From a phage: a stretch of DNA of 64,000 bases. The stretch lies in the NCBI GenBank assembly GCA_019566135.1, contig GCA_019566135.1_3044.1, one strand, 5' to 3'. The stretch's first letter is position 1. Every line of letters starts with the position of its first letter. Below, in pieces: positions 40,951-50,057 of the stretch. Under the pieces are notes generated by a model. The model saw only the letters and a list, made by a program, of their open reading frames with translations, ran no database searches and was not told the origin of the DNA. The translations under genes were made by a program, and so were the position numbers.

Positions 40951-41188
40951 AAAGATAGCTAATTTCGCCTAAAACGTAATCATTGATTGTAACAGTTTTC
41001 ACTTCACCACAAAAGAATTCTAACGCAATTAAATCTCGTTCAATTTCTTCTAATTGAAGCATCAACTTACTAGATTCAATTTTTACAGTTTCACGATTTT
41101 TACCATGAGCAATTTCATAAATTTCGCTAACTTTATCCTGAAGAAGATAAAACTGATCTTTAGTTATTTCCACGAATAGCTTCCTCAA
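40928..41188 (-). CDS. Small protein, dexA-upstream family member 2 (86 aa)
   Basis: Paralog of 40693..40950. Confidence 0.5.
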   Translation of the reverse strand: MRKLFVEITKDQFYLLQDKVSEIYEIAHGKNRETVKIESSKLMLQLEEIERDLIALEFFCGEVKTVTINDYVLGEISYLYEAIIND

Positions 41189-41420
41189 ATTTAATTAGTA
41201 ATTTACAGACACTTTCATCTAGTGTAATTACCGTATCTGTATTACTGTGATATGATTGTTTTTCAATTCGTTTAATTGCTAATATAGTATCACTTATAAG
41301 ATAAAGCTTATGAAGGAGCTCAGCTCCTGTTACCATAACATCGAGATTATCTTGCTTATTAGTATGCTTCCTTATACCATCTATTAGACGATTTAAATAT
41401 TTTGAATTGATGTTAATCAT
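41160..41420 (-). CDS. Small protein, dexA-upstream family member 3 (86 aa, weaker similarity)
   Basis: Similar size and pattern. Confidence 0.45.
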   Translation of the reverse strand: MININSKYLNRLIDGIRKHTNKQDNLDVMVTGAELLHKLYLISDTILAIKRIEKQSYHSNTDTVITLDESVCKLLIKFEEAIRGNN

Positions 41421-41426
41421 ATAGCC

Positions 41427-42746
41427 TCACACATAAAACACATCATAACGACCGCGGGTGACACCAACATAAAGAAGTTGTTGAGCTAGTTCAGCATCTG
41501 CATAATGAATACAAGGCGTATAAATGAAAGCACGGTCTACAGACATACCCTGAGCTTTATGGAATGTTGATGCAGGAAGTGCTTTCACTTTACTGAACTG
41601 TGATTTAGCATCCCAAAAATCACTCCATGGAGCTTTTCCGCCTTTGTTCCAATTTTTATAAGTTTCTGCCGTTTTACCTAAAAACAGGTTAAACTTATAT
41701 AGCTCTTCATCAGATGAAATTATTTTAATCTTTTCACGATAATATTCATCATCGCCGTAAGTTTCTACTGTTAAATCCCAATGACGAATTAAGTATTCTC
41801 CAGGAACACCACGAGCTTTAACAAACGTCGATGTATACTCTGCTTCTATAATACGAACTAATTGCCCATTATTAAAAATAATTTCTGATACAGGCTTTCC
41901 ATCAATTTTATATGTTTTAATTAATGGTTCCTGCATTACAATAATTTCACCGACAATAAAATCTTTATCAGTTTCAAAAATCTTTTTACGAATAATGCTA
42001 TTTAACTTATCAACAGATTTATTCGTAAATGCCATCACACGATTTTCAAACAAATCATCTAATGATTTAACAATTGAAAAATAATTTACCATAAAATCGC
42101 GTAAAGCGGTATCACCAGTAAATCCACGTACTCCATGCCCGTCAACAACTTTATCATAAATCCACTTACCGTTACGAACGTCAGTAGCTACATCAATAAT
42201 AGGAGCATTACTGCGTTTAACTTCAGTGAGTTCACACTGATAAAAATCTTTATGTGTAAAGAATGGACTGATATAAGCAGTATTTTCTCCTGGGTCAACA
42301 GGTCTAATTTGCTTATTATCCCCTATTCCAATTATAGTACACCACGGCGGGATAGTTGAAAGCAGAATTTTAAATAGCTTTCTATCATACATTGACACTT
42401 CATCGCAGATTAATACCCTGCATTTAGCTAAATCTGGTACTTCTTTTTGTTCAAAAAGAACGTTTTCTTCATATGTTACCGGGTTAATTTTAAGAATACT
42501 GTGAATAGTACTCGCTTCTTTCCCCGACAGTTTTGAAAGAATCTTTTTAGCTGCATGAGTAGGAGCTGCTAAAATAATACCAGTTTCACCCGTAGATATT
42601 AAAGCTTCAATGATGAACTTAGTAAGAGTAGTCTTACCAGTACCAGCAGGTCCATTAATAGTTACATGATGTTTCTTTTCTTTAATAGCCCTCATAACAA
42701 TGTTAAAGGCATTTTTCTGGCCTTCGGTCAAATCATCAAATGTCAT
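41427..42746 (-). CDS. dda: Dda DNA helicase (SF1B)
   Basis: 439 aa (same as T4 Dda); Walker A GPAGTGKTT. Confidence 0.93.
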   Translation of the reverse strand: MTFDDLTEGQKNAFNIVMRAIKEKKHHVTINGPAGTGKTTLTKFIIEALISTGETGIILAAPTHAAKKILSKLSGKEASTIHSILKINPVTYEENVLFEQKEVPDLAKCRVLICDEVSMYDRKLFKILLSTIPPWCTIIGIGDNKQIRPVDPGENTAYISPFFTHKDFYQCELTEVKRSNAPIIDVATDVRNGKWIYDKVVDGHGVRGFTGDTALRDFMVNYFSIVKSLDDLFENRVMAFTNKSVDKLNSIIRKKIFETDKDFIVGEIIVMQEPLIKTYKIDGKPVSEIIFNNGQLVRIIEAEYTSTFVKARGVPGEYLIRHWDLTVETYGDDEYYREKIKIISSDEELYKFNLFLGKTAETYKNWNKGGKAPWSDFWDAKSQFSKVKALPASTFHKAQGMSVDRAFIYTPCIHYADAELAQQLLYVGVTRGRYDVFYV

Positions 42747-43054
42747 CGTAAATTCCCTGCAATTGGTATACTAACAATACGCCCAGTATCTAAAATTCGC
42801 TGATATAATCTTTGTGTGTCTACATCAGGCTTAACATGTTTAACTTCTATTTTATTAAACCAAAATTTACGTGGAGTCTCAACTAATCTTGGAATTCCCA
42901 TACCTAAAGCTAGTTTATATTGGTCTTTGAGAGTAGTAAAAACTCTATCAGCAATCTCTCTTTCAAAAAACACAGCAGGACGATGTTCATCAAGTGGAAC
43001 TGGCGCCGTAAATCCGTCTTTGTCTCGGTAAACTATCGCATATACATAAACCAT
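42743..43054 (-). CDS. Hypothetical protein (103 aa; dda.1 position)
   Basis: ORF overlapping dda start. Confidence 0.5.
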   Translation of the reverse strand: MVYVYAIVYRDKDGFTAPVPLDEHRPAVFFEREIADRVFTTLKDQYKLALGMGIPRLVETPRKFWFNKIEVKHVKPDVDTQRLYQRILDTGRIVSIPIAGNLR

Positions 43055-43055
43055 A

Positions 43056-43811
43056 TTATCCTCGGATAAGTTTAAAAATTGAACAATTTAGCGGGTATCC
43101 TCTTTTCAGTTTAAGTTTATCAATAAAAGACAAGTTTTGATACCGCTCTACACCTTGAATAATTTTATCACACATATCATATTGCATTTCTGCTTCTGAC
43201 AACTTTTTCACAATTTTCCAATCCGAGCCTTTAAGAAGAACGTTCAGTTTAACAACTTCAGCGCCTTCTGCTATGCGAGAACCATCAATACGAGCTTTAA
43301 GTGCTATAATCCTTAGCTTAATGTCAGAGGTCTGTTTTGATTTAGAAAGCTGAGAAATGTGTTCAATTCGGTTTTCACGTTTTTTCTGTATAGCTTTAAT
43401 TTGATTATAAGTCTTTTTGATTTTAGCCCATTTCTTTTCATCTAAATTTAGTTTATGAACTTTTTTCGCAGATGAACGACCAATTCGCAAAGCAAATAAA
43501 TCCCGTTTTTCAATCAACTCTTCTAAAGTATAATCAGAACGAAATGTATTATACTTTTTCTTTACTGCAATAACATTCCCTTTAATGTATCCAATGTTAT
43601 TATCAAAACGTTCTAATGATAATTTCTCTCCTTCAATACGATTATCAAAAGGTTCTCCCGAGTAAGCGCAAACTTTTTGGTCTAAAATGTTCTTAATGTA
43701 ATTGAAGTCTAAGTTAAAATCTTTAGAACGTCTTTTTGCAGATGCCTGAGTGTGCTCTAAACGACGTTTAATTTTACGAATTTGATTATTAGACATATTA
43801 TGCAGTTTCAT
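43056..43811 (-). CDS. srd: Srd-like protein (251 aa)
   Basis: Size and position between dda and modA as in T4; identity not verified. Confidence 0.5.
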   Translation of the reverse strand: MKLHNMSNNQIRKIKRRLEHTQASAKRRSKDFNLDFNYIKNILDQKVCAYSGEPFDNRIEGEKLSLERFDNNIGYIKGNVIAVKKKYNTFRSDYTLEELIEKRDLFALRIGRSSAKKVHKLNLDEKKWAKIKKTYNQIKAIQKKRENRIEHISQLSKSKQTSDIKLRIIALKARIDGSRIAEGAEVVKLNVLLKGSDWKIVKKLSEAEMQYDMCDKIIQGVERYQNLSFIDKLKLKRGYPLNCSIFKLIRG

Positions 43812-43846
43812 ATTTTTCTCACATCTTACGGACGATTGACTACTAT

Positions 43847-43876
43847 ACTATAACATTTTTACCTTGGCTTGTAAAC
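43847..43876 (-). promoter_or_regulatory. Early promoter for srd (-35 GTTTAC 43876..43871, -10 TATAGT)
   Basis: 18-nt spacer. Confidence 0.45.
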
Positions 43877-43932
43877 AATTTTATGAAAAATGCTTCAAAA
43901 ATTTCATGGTATAATGAATCTAAGTCCTTCCA

Positions 43933-44535
43933 TTATAGATTAAATCCTTCAAAATCAAGAGTATAGATAGTGTATGTTGAATACTTTTTATACTCATATC
44001 TATCTGCAATTCTAAATACACTTCCAGCTGGTATCATTACTTCCTGTTCATCTGAAACTAATTCCATATTACGATAGCGATGGCTATCTGGAAATTTAAA
44101 ACTCGGACTATATTCTTTACAACGTAGAGCTTTTATAGCATACTCCTGGAAATTGAATACCATAGGAGCTTTGAATTCAAAAATAACTTGTGTGTTATAC
44201 TCTAAACCGGAAGCAAAATGTAGAGCTATATTTTTATCATATGAAGCTGATACGACTTTATCAAATGTAATAATATCAATTCCTTGATTTAACACCTGCT
44301 TAGTCTCAGCTGGAACACCTCTCCAAAGAGGTTTATCGTTTGGAACCAAACGAGATTTGATTATTTCATTTAACCAAGTATGGTCATCTGGTTTGTTGGT
44401 AATACAATGAATTAAAAGTTCAATTTCAGATAAATTAAACCCTTCAGAAAGTAATTCTTCACGAATAGAAGCACGCACCGATGCATCCATTGATTTTATT
44501 TTAAAATCTTTTAGTTGCATTACTGAGTATTTCAT
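43933..44535 (-). CDS. modA: ADP-ribosyltransferase ModA
   Basis: 200 aa; R-S-E triad context (LWRG, SAS, EQEVMIP). Confidence 0.8.
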   Translation of the reverse strand: MKYSVMQLKDFKIKSMDASVRASIREELLSEGFNLSEIELLIHCITNKPDDHTWLNEIIKSRLVPNDKPLWRGVPAETKQVLNQGIDIITFDKVVSASYDKNIALHFASGLEYNTQVIFEFKAPMVFNFQEYAIKALRCKEYSPSFKFPDSHRYRNMELVSDEQEVMIPAGSVFRIADRYEYKKYSTYTIYTLDFEGFNL

Positions 44536-45155
44536 TCAACTACCTCAATATCATAAACTTTAAATGTTCCAAATGAATCGTGTAATTTTTCTTTTGAAAT
44601 AGAAGTTATTCTATACTTTCCAATTGGAATCATCCATTCTTGTTCATGCACAATCATCATTAAGTTATCAGTACGCTCTGAATCTAGCCCATCAGTATCT
44701 TCATACGTGTACTTAAACTCAGTATTAGGAGAAGAAAGTATAATATCGCTGATATGGTCAGAGTAATTAAAAGCTTTATCAGTTTTTAAACGAAGTATTG
44801 TTTCAGTGAAATATTCAGCATAAGAAAAAGAACACGCTGTATGCAAACTAGTAGTAAATGAATCTACCCTGTTCGTTGAAAACACTTCTCCAACTTGTAA
44901 ATCTTTAATAAGTTCTTTTGTCGATTTTGATATACCACGATATAACTGATAAGGCGATTTAGTTAAATGCTTTTTAATGATTTTATTCAACTGTCTGTGA
45001 AGAGCTTCATTCTTTTTGGCTTCCATACATTGCCAAAGAACAGACTGCTCAAAGTCAGTAAATTTTTCACAGACTTTTTTATACATATCATATTGAAAAT
45101 CAACGCTTTCAGCTTTTATAGATAACTGTTCAACATCTGCAGGATTAATAATCAT
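44532..45155 (-). CDS. modB: ADP-ribosyltransferase ModB
   Basis: 207 aa; paralog of ModA (LYRG, EQEWMIP). Confidence 0.8.
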   Translation of the reverse strand: MIINPADVEQLSIKAESVDFQYDMYKKVCEKFTDFEQSVLWQCMEAKKNEALHRQLNKIIKKHLTKSPYQLYRGISKSTKELIKDLQVGEVFSTNRVDSFTTSLHTACSFSYAEYFTETILRLKTDKAFNYSDHISDIILSSPNTEFKYTYEDTDGLDSERTDNLMMIVHEQEWMIPIGKYRITSISKEKLHDSFGTFKVYDIEVVE

Positions 45156-45181
45156 GATAGCCTCCGTATACTTCAGAAGCT

Positions 45182-45211
45182 ATCATATCATCGTTAGAAA
45201 GGAAAGTAAAC
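45182..45211 (-). promoter_or_regulatory. Early promoter for modB/modA (-35 GTTTAC 45211..45206, -10 TATGAT)
   Basis: 18-nt spacer; 27 nt upstream of the modB ATG. Confidence 0.5.
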
Positions 45212-45222
45212 AACTTTTTGAA

Positions 45223-45405
45223 TTATTTTGCCCAGGGAGCCCAAGGCGGAGGGTCAAGATGGTATGAAGCTAGTTCTTCTAGAAGAGCATCTGGGGCTTC
45301 AATTCCATAATTCTGTAATACTATACGGTACTCTTTCTTATAATCACTAGAATCATTCTGGTTATTCGTAGAATGATTATCTTCTAACATCTCAAATAAA
45401 TCCAT
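45223..45405 (-). CDS. Hypothetical acidic protein (60 aa)
   Basis: ORF. Confidence 0.45.
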   Translation of the reverse strand: MDLFEMLEDNHSTNNQNDSSDYKKEYRIVLQNYGIEAPDALLEELASYHLDPPPWAPWAK

Positions 45406-45413
45406 ATTAATTC

Positions 45414-45884
45414 CTAGCGATAAAAACCAAAGTGACGATTAGCTTCAATGATCTTTCTTTCTTCTTCGGACATTCTCCAGCGTAGTCCAACATCAAAATG
45501 AGCCCAGACCATCCTAACAAATGCATTTATATCTTTAATATCTTCAATAATGAATGTTTTACTTTTAGAAGGTTGACTCGCTAATTTAACTTTATCGTCT
45601 TCAAACATGTCAAAAAGACCATATTCATGAGCTCTTTTATAGCCTTTAATAGTTAAAGCTTCAGAAGAAGAAAATGGTGAATCTGTATTCTGCAAAATAT
45701 CTTCAGTATGCTTTATAATTAGAATAACATTTTCTGGATATTTTCTTTCTTTTATATCTTTAATTAAAATATCCGGATTTTCTGCTAAAGGAATAATTAA
45801 CGAGCATTTTTTATCAAGTGTATTTACTGATTTACCTTCTTTAGACATAAATTCTATTGAATATAATTTTGCTACTTCAATCAT
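45414..45884 (-). CDS. Hypothetical protein (156 aa)
   Basis: ORF. Confidence 0.5.
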   Translation of the reverse strand: MIEVAKLYSIEFMSKEGKSVNTLDKKCSLIIPLAENPDILIKDIKERKYPENVILIIKHTEDILQNTDSPFSSSEALTIKGYKRAHEYGLFDMFEDDKVKLASQPSKSKTFIIEDIKDINAFVRMVWAHFDVGLRWRMSEEERKIIEANRHFGFYR

Positions 45885-45885
45885 G

Positions 45886-46041
45886 TTATTTCCTTTTGCC
45901 TACTAATGGACCGTCAGGAATTTTGTTTTCCTGAATGTATTTCTCATTTTCTTCCATCATTTTACTACCGATTTTAAGAAGCAAATCCATTGCTTCATTT
46001 GCTTTAGCCTTTGCCTCTTCTAACGTCATATCTTTGGTCAT
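45886..46041 (-). CDS. Small ORF (51 aa, [35 protein letters not shown]...)
   Basis: ATGA-coupled to upstream gene; below track cutoff. Confidence 0.4.
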   Translation of the reverse strand: MTKDMTLEEAKAKANEAMDLLLKIGSKMMEENEKYIQENKIPDGPLVGKRK

Positions 46042-46241
46042 GATTTATCACCATAGATGTCTCTCATCAATTTAAGCGCTGAGCGTTCTAATTTCTTTTC
46101 TTTCTCAGCACTAATCATTGATTTCATCCATTCTTCTGACTCGTTCTGCATTTCTTTATTTGCCTGTTCAACCCAACCATCATCAATATACATTGAGTTT
46201 GGTCTATTGAACCATTCAAGCATTTTCTTCAGAACTTTCAT
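46038..46241 (-). CDS. Hypothetical protein (67 aa)
   Basis: ORF. Confidence 0.45.
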   Translation of the reverse strand: MKVLKKMLEWFNRPNSMYIDDGWVEQANKEMQNESEEWMKSMISAEKEKKLERSALKLMRDIYGDKS

Positions 46242-46701
46242 TTGTTTTACCTAAAACGATAGTATGGACAGCGTCAAATTCATGAATTTTTAGCAAATTA
46301 GGATTTAAATTATTCCATAAAGAGGTAATAAAATATGATAGCGCACTTTCGTCCGTAATTATAAATTTATTTCCTTTATCTATTTTCCAATCATATATTG
46401 AATCGTATGAATAGAAGGATAACGGTTTATTATTATAGTATGCTTCAGCAACATCAATATAGTTAGATTTAGTAAATGCTTGAATTGCCATAAATGGAGA
46501 ATTTTGTACAGTTTCAATAATTCCGATCTTTTTAAGTTTTATTTCAACATCTTCTGGAACTGGCATTGAAATAAAATCTTCTACTAGATACATGTCATTG
46601 TCATATCTTTTATCAATCATTACTGCTACTGTAATTGGAACATCCTTGACAAACGCCATACTAATACTATTGATAGACATTTCAAACAAAATCGCTTCCA
46701 T
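46216..46701 (-). CDS. Hypothetical protein (161 aa from ATG 46701)
   Basis: GAGGA SD before ATG 46701. Confidence 0.5.
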   Translation of the reverse strand: MEAILFEMSINSISMAFVKDVPITVAVMIDKRYDNDMYLVEDFISMPVPEDVEIKLKKIGIIETVQNSPFMAIQAFTKSNYIDVAEAYYNNKPLSFYSYDSIYDWKIDKGNKFIITDESALSYFITSLWNNLNPNLLKIHEFDAVHTIVLGKTNESSEENA

Positions 46702-46709
46702 AATTTTCC

Positions 46710-47051
46710 TCAATCACAAGATGTAGATGAACAACTAGAATCACAAGAACTTCCACATGAATCGCCCGTCCATACATGAACAGGAACATTGGTGTCATAT
46801 GAATCAGAACTAGACTGTGTATTCTGTGCATTAGATGATGTAGTAGGTACTGACCAGCGCCAAGGATTTTTATAATATTCTTGGGCTTCTTCATAAGTCA
46901 TAGTAACTGCTTCTACTGTTCCATCTCCCATATAAACATACTCAACTACAGTTAAAGGAAGGTAGTCATTTGAAATAGGAACTACACCTTCTCCCGGAGT
47001 TGTAGAGAAAAAATCTGTAAAGAAATTTTTAAACCAATTAAATATAAACAT
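46710..47051 (-). CDS. Hypothetical protein with hydrophobic N-terminus and Cys/Ser-rich C-terminal tail (113 aa)
   Basis: C-terminus ...[20 protein letters not shown]; N-terminus [15 protein letters not shown]. Confidence 0.5.
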   Translation of the reverse strand: MFIFNWFKNFFTDFFSTTPGEGVVPISNDYLPLTVVEYVYMGDGTVEAVTMTYEEAQEYYKNPWRWSVPTTSSNAQNTQSSSDSYDTNVPVHVWTGDSCGSSCDSSCSSTSCD

Positions 47052-47257
47052 TACAAAAAGCCTCTTTTGAATTCGACTTGCTTATCGCCATAATCATATC
47101 GAATCTCTGCATTAAATTCGACAGAACCATCTGCGTACATCATAAATGAATGCACAACAACTTCTGTGGACCATGGCTGCAGTTCATATTTCTTCATTAC
47201 ATGCCGTGAAATGATAATATCTAAATCTTCATTTGGTTTAATCCAACGATTTAACAT
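47051..47257 (-). CDS. Hypothetical protein (68 aa)
   Basis: GAGGAG SD; first gene after the early promoter at 47284-47313. Confidence 0.5.
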   Translation of the reverse strand: MLNRWIKPNEDLDIIISRHVMKKYELQPWSTEVVVHSFMMYADGSVEFNAEIRYDYGDKQVEFKRGFL

Positions 47258-47283
47258 AGTGCTCTCCTCTATAAGATAGTTCT

Positions 47284-47313
47284 ATTATACCACACTCATT
47301 TTGATATGTAAAC
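47284..47313 (-). promoter_or_regulatory. Early promoter (-35 GTTTAC 47313..47308, extended -10 TGtgGTATAAT)
   Basis: Near-consensus TATAAT with 18-nt spacer. Confidence 0.65.
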
Positions 47314-47320
47314 TGCAAAA

Positions 47321-47349
47321 ACGAAAAAAGGAACCCCGAAGGATTCCTT
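47321..47349 (-). terminator. Rho-independent terminator after soc
   Basis: AAGGAAUCC-UUCG-GGGUUCCUU followed by a U-tract. Confidence 0.7.
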
Positions 47350-47354
47350 AAATT

Positions 47355-47612
47355 TTAACCACCAATACCTGGAGTTGGCGTAACAGTCCAAAGACCTTCA
47401 TTAGCAGTGATCCATTCAGTACGCTGATTTTCTTCATATACTGTAGAATATGCTGCTTTTTCAGAAGGGAATGTCTGATAATGAGCACCAGAAATTTTGT
47501 GAACATCAGAATAAAGAGGGAAAGCTACAGAAATTTCTTTACCCTGAATTGTACCACCATCAACTGCTTGGTCAAATGTTTTAATATTAACATAACCGCG
47601 AGTACTAGCCAT
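47355..47612 (-). CDS. soc: Small outer capsid protein Soc
   Basis: 85 aa; MASTRGYVNIKTF...EISVAFPLYSDVHKISGAHYQTFPSEKAAYSTVYEENQRTEW matches T4 Soc. Confidence 0.9.
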   Translation of the reverse strand: MASTRGYVNIKTFDQAVDGGTIQGKEISVAFPLYSDVHKISGAHYQTFPSEKAAYSTVYEENQRTEWITANEGLWTVTPTPGIGG

Positions 47613-47628
47613 GTAATTCTCCTTTTAT

Positions 47629-47838
47629 TTAAATTACATGATTATTTATAATAAATTCTCGCGGAACGTTAAAATATCCGATTTTAGTTAATATAACAAC
47701 ATCACCGTTAATAATTACCGGAGAATAATCTTCTGGAGTGTTAAATTTCCAATGGGATCTAATATTATATCCATCAGAACCAAATGCTCGAGTAGCCGGT
47801 CTCCCGGCTTTTTGCCACGCGTAGAAATCAAATTTCAT
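47629..47838 (-). CDS. Hypothetical protein (69 aa; soc.1 position)
   Basis: ORF. Confidence 0.5.
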   Translation of the reverse strand: MKFDFYAWQKAGRPATRAFGSDGYNIRSHWKFNTPEDYSPVIINGDVVILTKIGYFNVPREFIINNHVI

Positions 47839-48029
47839 TTTGAATGCTCTATAATTAATTTTAAAGCTTCTTCACTGACAAAAATTTCGTCAGGACCTTC
47901 TATAACTTCAACCATACGAAGTTGATTAGTTAAGAGCTCACATACGAGCTCCTTGTTATAATCTTTAAATAGCTGGTCAATACGTTTCTTATGGGCTTTC
48001 TTAAGCTGACGCTTATTTAAACGAGCCAT
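47835..48029 (-). CDS. Hypothetical protein (64 aa; soc.2 position)
   Basis: ORF. Confidence 0.5.
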   Translation of the reverse strand: MARLNKRQLKKAHKKRIDQLFKDYNKELVCELLTNQLRMVEVIEGPDEIFVSEEALKLIIEHSK

Positions 48030-48547
48030 TAATAACCTCGGTCTTGACGAGCGAAGTTTTCAGCATTTTTCAGGTAATAAAGTTTAAAGATTTCTTCAGC
48101 CGACATTCCAAGAGCAATAAATTTATTCATGAAAAAGTGAAATTGGTCAATCAGTTCAAATTTAATTTCAAGCTGATCTTCAGGAGATAAGTCTTGAATT
48201 TTCTTGGATTGCATTTCAGAATAACGTTTCTTCCAAGGTTTCCATACAGCAGAAGCTTCTTTTTCACCATTACTCATACCACCAAGAGAAGTATATAGCT
48301 CGCGAGTTTCGTCTGCGATATAATCGTCTTGGTTTCGCAGCCAAGCAAGAACTTCTCCTGCAGTTTCAAGTGAATCAGGATGACGATTTGTTTCTGGTTT
48401 ATCATTAGCCAAACGAATCTGTAAATGCCGCTGCATGTCAAGCATAACCTGCAATGGGTCAATACTGTGCATAATATACTCAGCATATGCACGATTTGCT
48501 TTATCAACACCTTCGATCAAATGAGCACATTCATTAAAGTGAGCCAT
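48029..48547 (-). CDS. 56: dCTPase/dUTPase gp56 (MazG-like), 172 aa from ATG 48547
   Basis: MAHFNECAHLIEGVDKANRAYAEY...; AAAGGA SD; track's longer ORF is an upstream read-through. Confidence 0.85.
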   Translation of the reverse strand: MAHFNECAHLIEGVDKANRAYAEYIMHSIDPLQVMLDMQRHLQIRLANDKPETNRHPDSLETAGEVLAWLRNQDDYIADETRELYTSLGGMSNGEKEASAVWKPWKKRYSEMQSKKIQDLSPEDQLEIKFELIDQFHFFMNKFIALGMSAEEIFKLYYLKNAENFARQDRGY

Positions 48548-48618
48548 TATTTTTCCTTTCAATTCATGGGTTAGTAGATTAATTATACAATAAATATATA
48601 AAGCAATAAGGAGGACAT

Positions 48619-48819
48619 ATGGTACAAAAATTAATGGCACTTGTTAATGCCATAAAAGGTAATAAAAAACGTATAGCTTTTACTATTTCTGCTATGGTAG
48701 GAATTTTACTCTGGAACTTTATTTTATCACCAATTGCAATTGCGCATGGTGTTAATATTCCAGTAGTTACTCTTGATACATTTGTAGATTTAGCATTTGC
48801 TTTAGTTGGGTTGATTTAA
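48619..48819 (+). CDS. Small membrane protein on the opposite strand (66 aa)
   Basis: Strong SD AAGGAGG 5 nt before ATG 48619; two hydrophobic segments; converges on gene 61, overlapping its stop by 4 nt. Confidence 0.55.
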   Translation: MVQKLMALVNAIKGNKKRIAFTISAMVGILLWNFILSPIAIAHGVNIPVVTLDTFVDLAFALVGLI

Positions 48820-49844
48820 ATCTTAGCATATTTAGATAGCCGCATTTTAGCCATCAACCCCTGGGCAATATTATTTTTCATATATTCCATAATTTGTTCA
48901 GGGGTTGCACCTTCCTTTCTAATCATATCATTAACATCTTTAGATTTCCAGGGAGATTTATCCCAAAACATAATCCTTTCTCCTGCATCAACTAATTTAG
49001 TCATTCGTTTGATAGTGTCAGGGTGACGAGGTTCATTATCTAAAACCCACACTCGTCTATCTTTAAATGGAACAACTTCTAGGTCTAATTGACCACCCGT
49101 AATAGCTATACCATTTTCAATAAAAAGTGAATCTATAGGTCCTTCTAGAACATATACATCACCATCTTTAACTCGTTCAACACCGTAAATTTTTGTTGCC
49201 TCAGGATAAGCTTTAATGGTGATATATTTTTGAGGAGCATCTTTCTTTAATGCACGTCCTTGAAAAGACTCAGCTTTTCCATTAGCATTATAAATTGGAA
49301 TAACAAGACGAGGCTCAGAAATTTCCTTTTTGTATGTTCCCGGTGCTATACTATTAACTAATTTAGGCCATTCGGTTGTAAACCAAAGATATTTCCATTT
49401 ATCCTTTGGAATACAACGAGCTTTTACATATTTTATAATTGGATGGTCTTCCGCCAGTTTATCTAATCTAACACATGACGGAAGAGATTTAATTATTTTC
49501 TTCTCAGGTTGCTTAGGAAGTTCTTTAGGTTTTTCTACTGGACGACTTTTACCTTTTTCTTTTCTTATTTCAAAGATATACTCACGATATAAATCAGGTT
49601 CAAACTCCTTTAAATATATTCCGATTGGTGCATGATAATTACAGTTATAACAATGAATATTTCCTTCATTATTATCACCATAATACCATCCACGAGCTTT
49701 ATTCTGGTCGGTTTTTGAATCTCCACAAACTGGACATCTAAACCGCAATTTAAAAGTTGAACTATTATTTACTTGTGTGAATTTAGGTAAATGAGCTAAT
49801 GCACGGTATGCAAACTCATTATCAATCCAAGGTATTGATGACAT
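48816..49844 (-). CDS. 61: DNA primase gp61
   Basis: 342 aa (same as T4 gp61); N-terminal zinc ribbon CPVCGDS...CYNC. Confidence 0.93.
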   Translation of the reverse strand: MSSIPWIDNEFAYRALAHLPKFTQVNNSSTFKLRFRCPVCGDSKTDQNKARGWYYGDNNEGNIHCYNCNYHAPIGIYLKEFEPDLYREYIFEIRKEKGKSRPVEKPKELPKQPEKKIIKSLPSCVRLDKLAEDHPIIKYVKARCIPKDKWKYLWFTTEWPKLVNSIAPGTYKKEISEPRLVIPIYNANGKAESFQGRALKKDAPQKYITIKAYPEATKIYGVERVKDGDVYVLEGPIDSLFIENGIAITGGQLDLEVVPFKDRRVWVLDNEPRHPDTIKRMTKLVDAGERIMFWDKSPWKSKDVNDMIRKEGATPEQIMEYMKNNIAQGLMAKMRLSKYAKI

Positions 49845-49846
49845 TT

Positions 49847-50011
49847 TTACTCTTCTTTTTCTTTAGATTCCTCTTTTTTCTTTTTAGGAATCTGCTCAGG
49901 ACCTTTATTTACTACAGCGCCTGACGTTGTTCCAGTAGAGATATTTTCAGGATTACCACCTGAATCTCCAGCGACCATATCTTCTTTAATAAATTCTTTA
50001 TATGTTTTCAT
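49847..50011 (-). CDS. Small hydrophilic ORF (54 aa, MKTYKEFIKEDMVAGDSGGNPENISTGTT...)
   Basis: GAGG SD; its start lies inside junction repeat copy A. Confidence 0.4.
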   Translation of the reverse strand: MKTYKEFIKEDMVAGDSGGNPENISTGTTSGAVVNKGPEQIPKKKKEESKEKEE

Positions 50012-50057
50012 ATTAACCTCTATTCATAAAAGCATTAAAAATTTGGTCATCAATAGA
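50009..50057 (-). repeat. 49-bp gene-junction direct repeat, copy A
   Basis: 46 of 49 nt identical to 50367-50415; covers last 12 codons, stop, SD and ATG. Confidence 0.8.

Noticed and set aside
47613-47640. A late promoter upstream of soc, and a late promoter before holin t at 22716-22727
   Set aside because: The sequences are TTTAAATA and AATAAATA, one mismatch each from TATAAATA; plausible but not callable without transcript data.
48548-48815. A dam methyltransferase gene between 56 and 61
   Set aside because: The interval is too short and has no minus-strand ORF; only the small plus-strand membrane ORF is present. My expectation of dam here is from memory of the T4 map.
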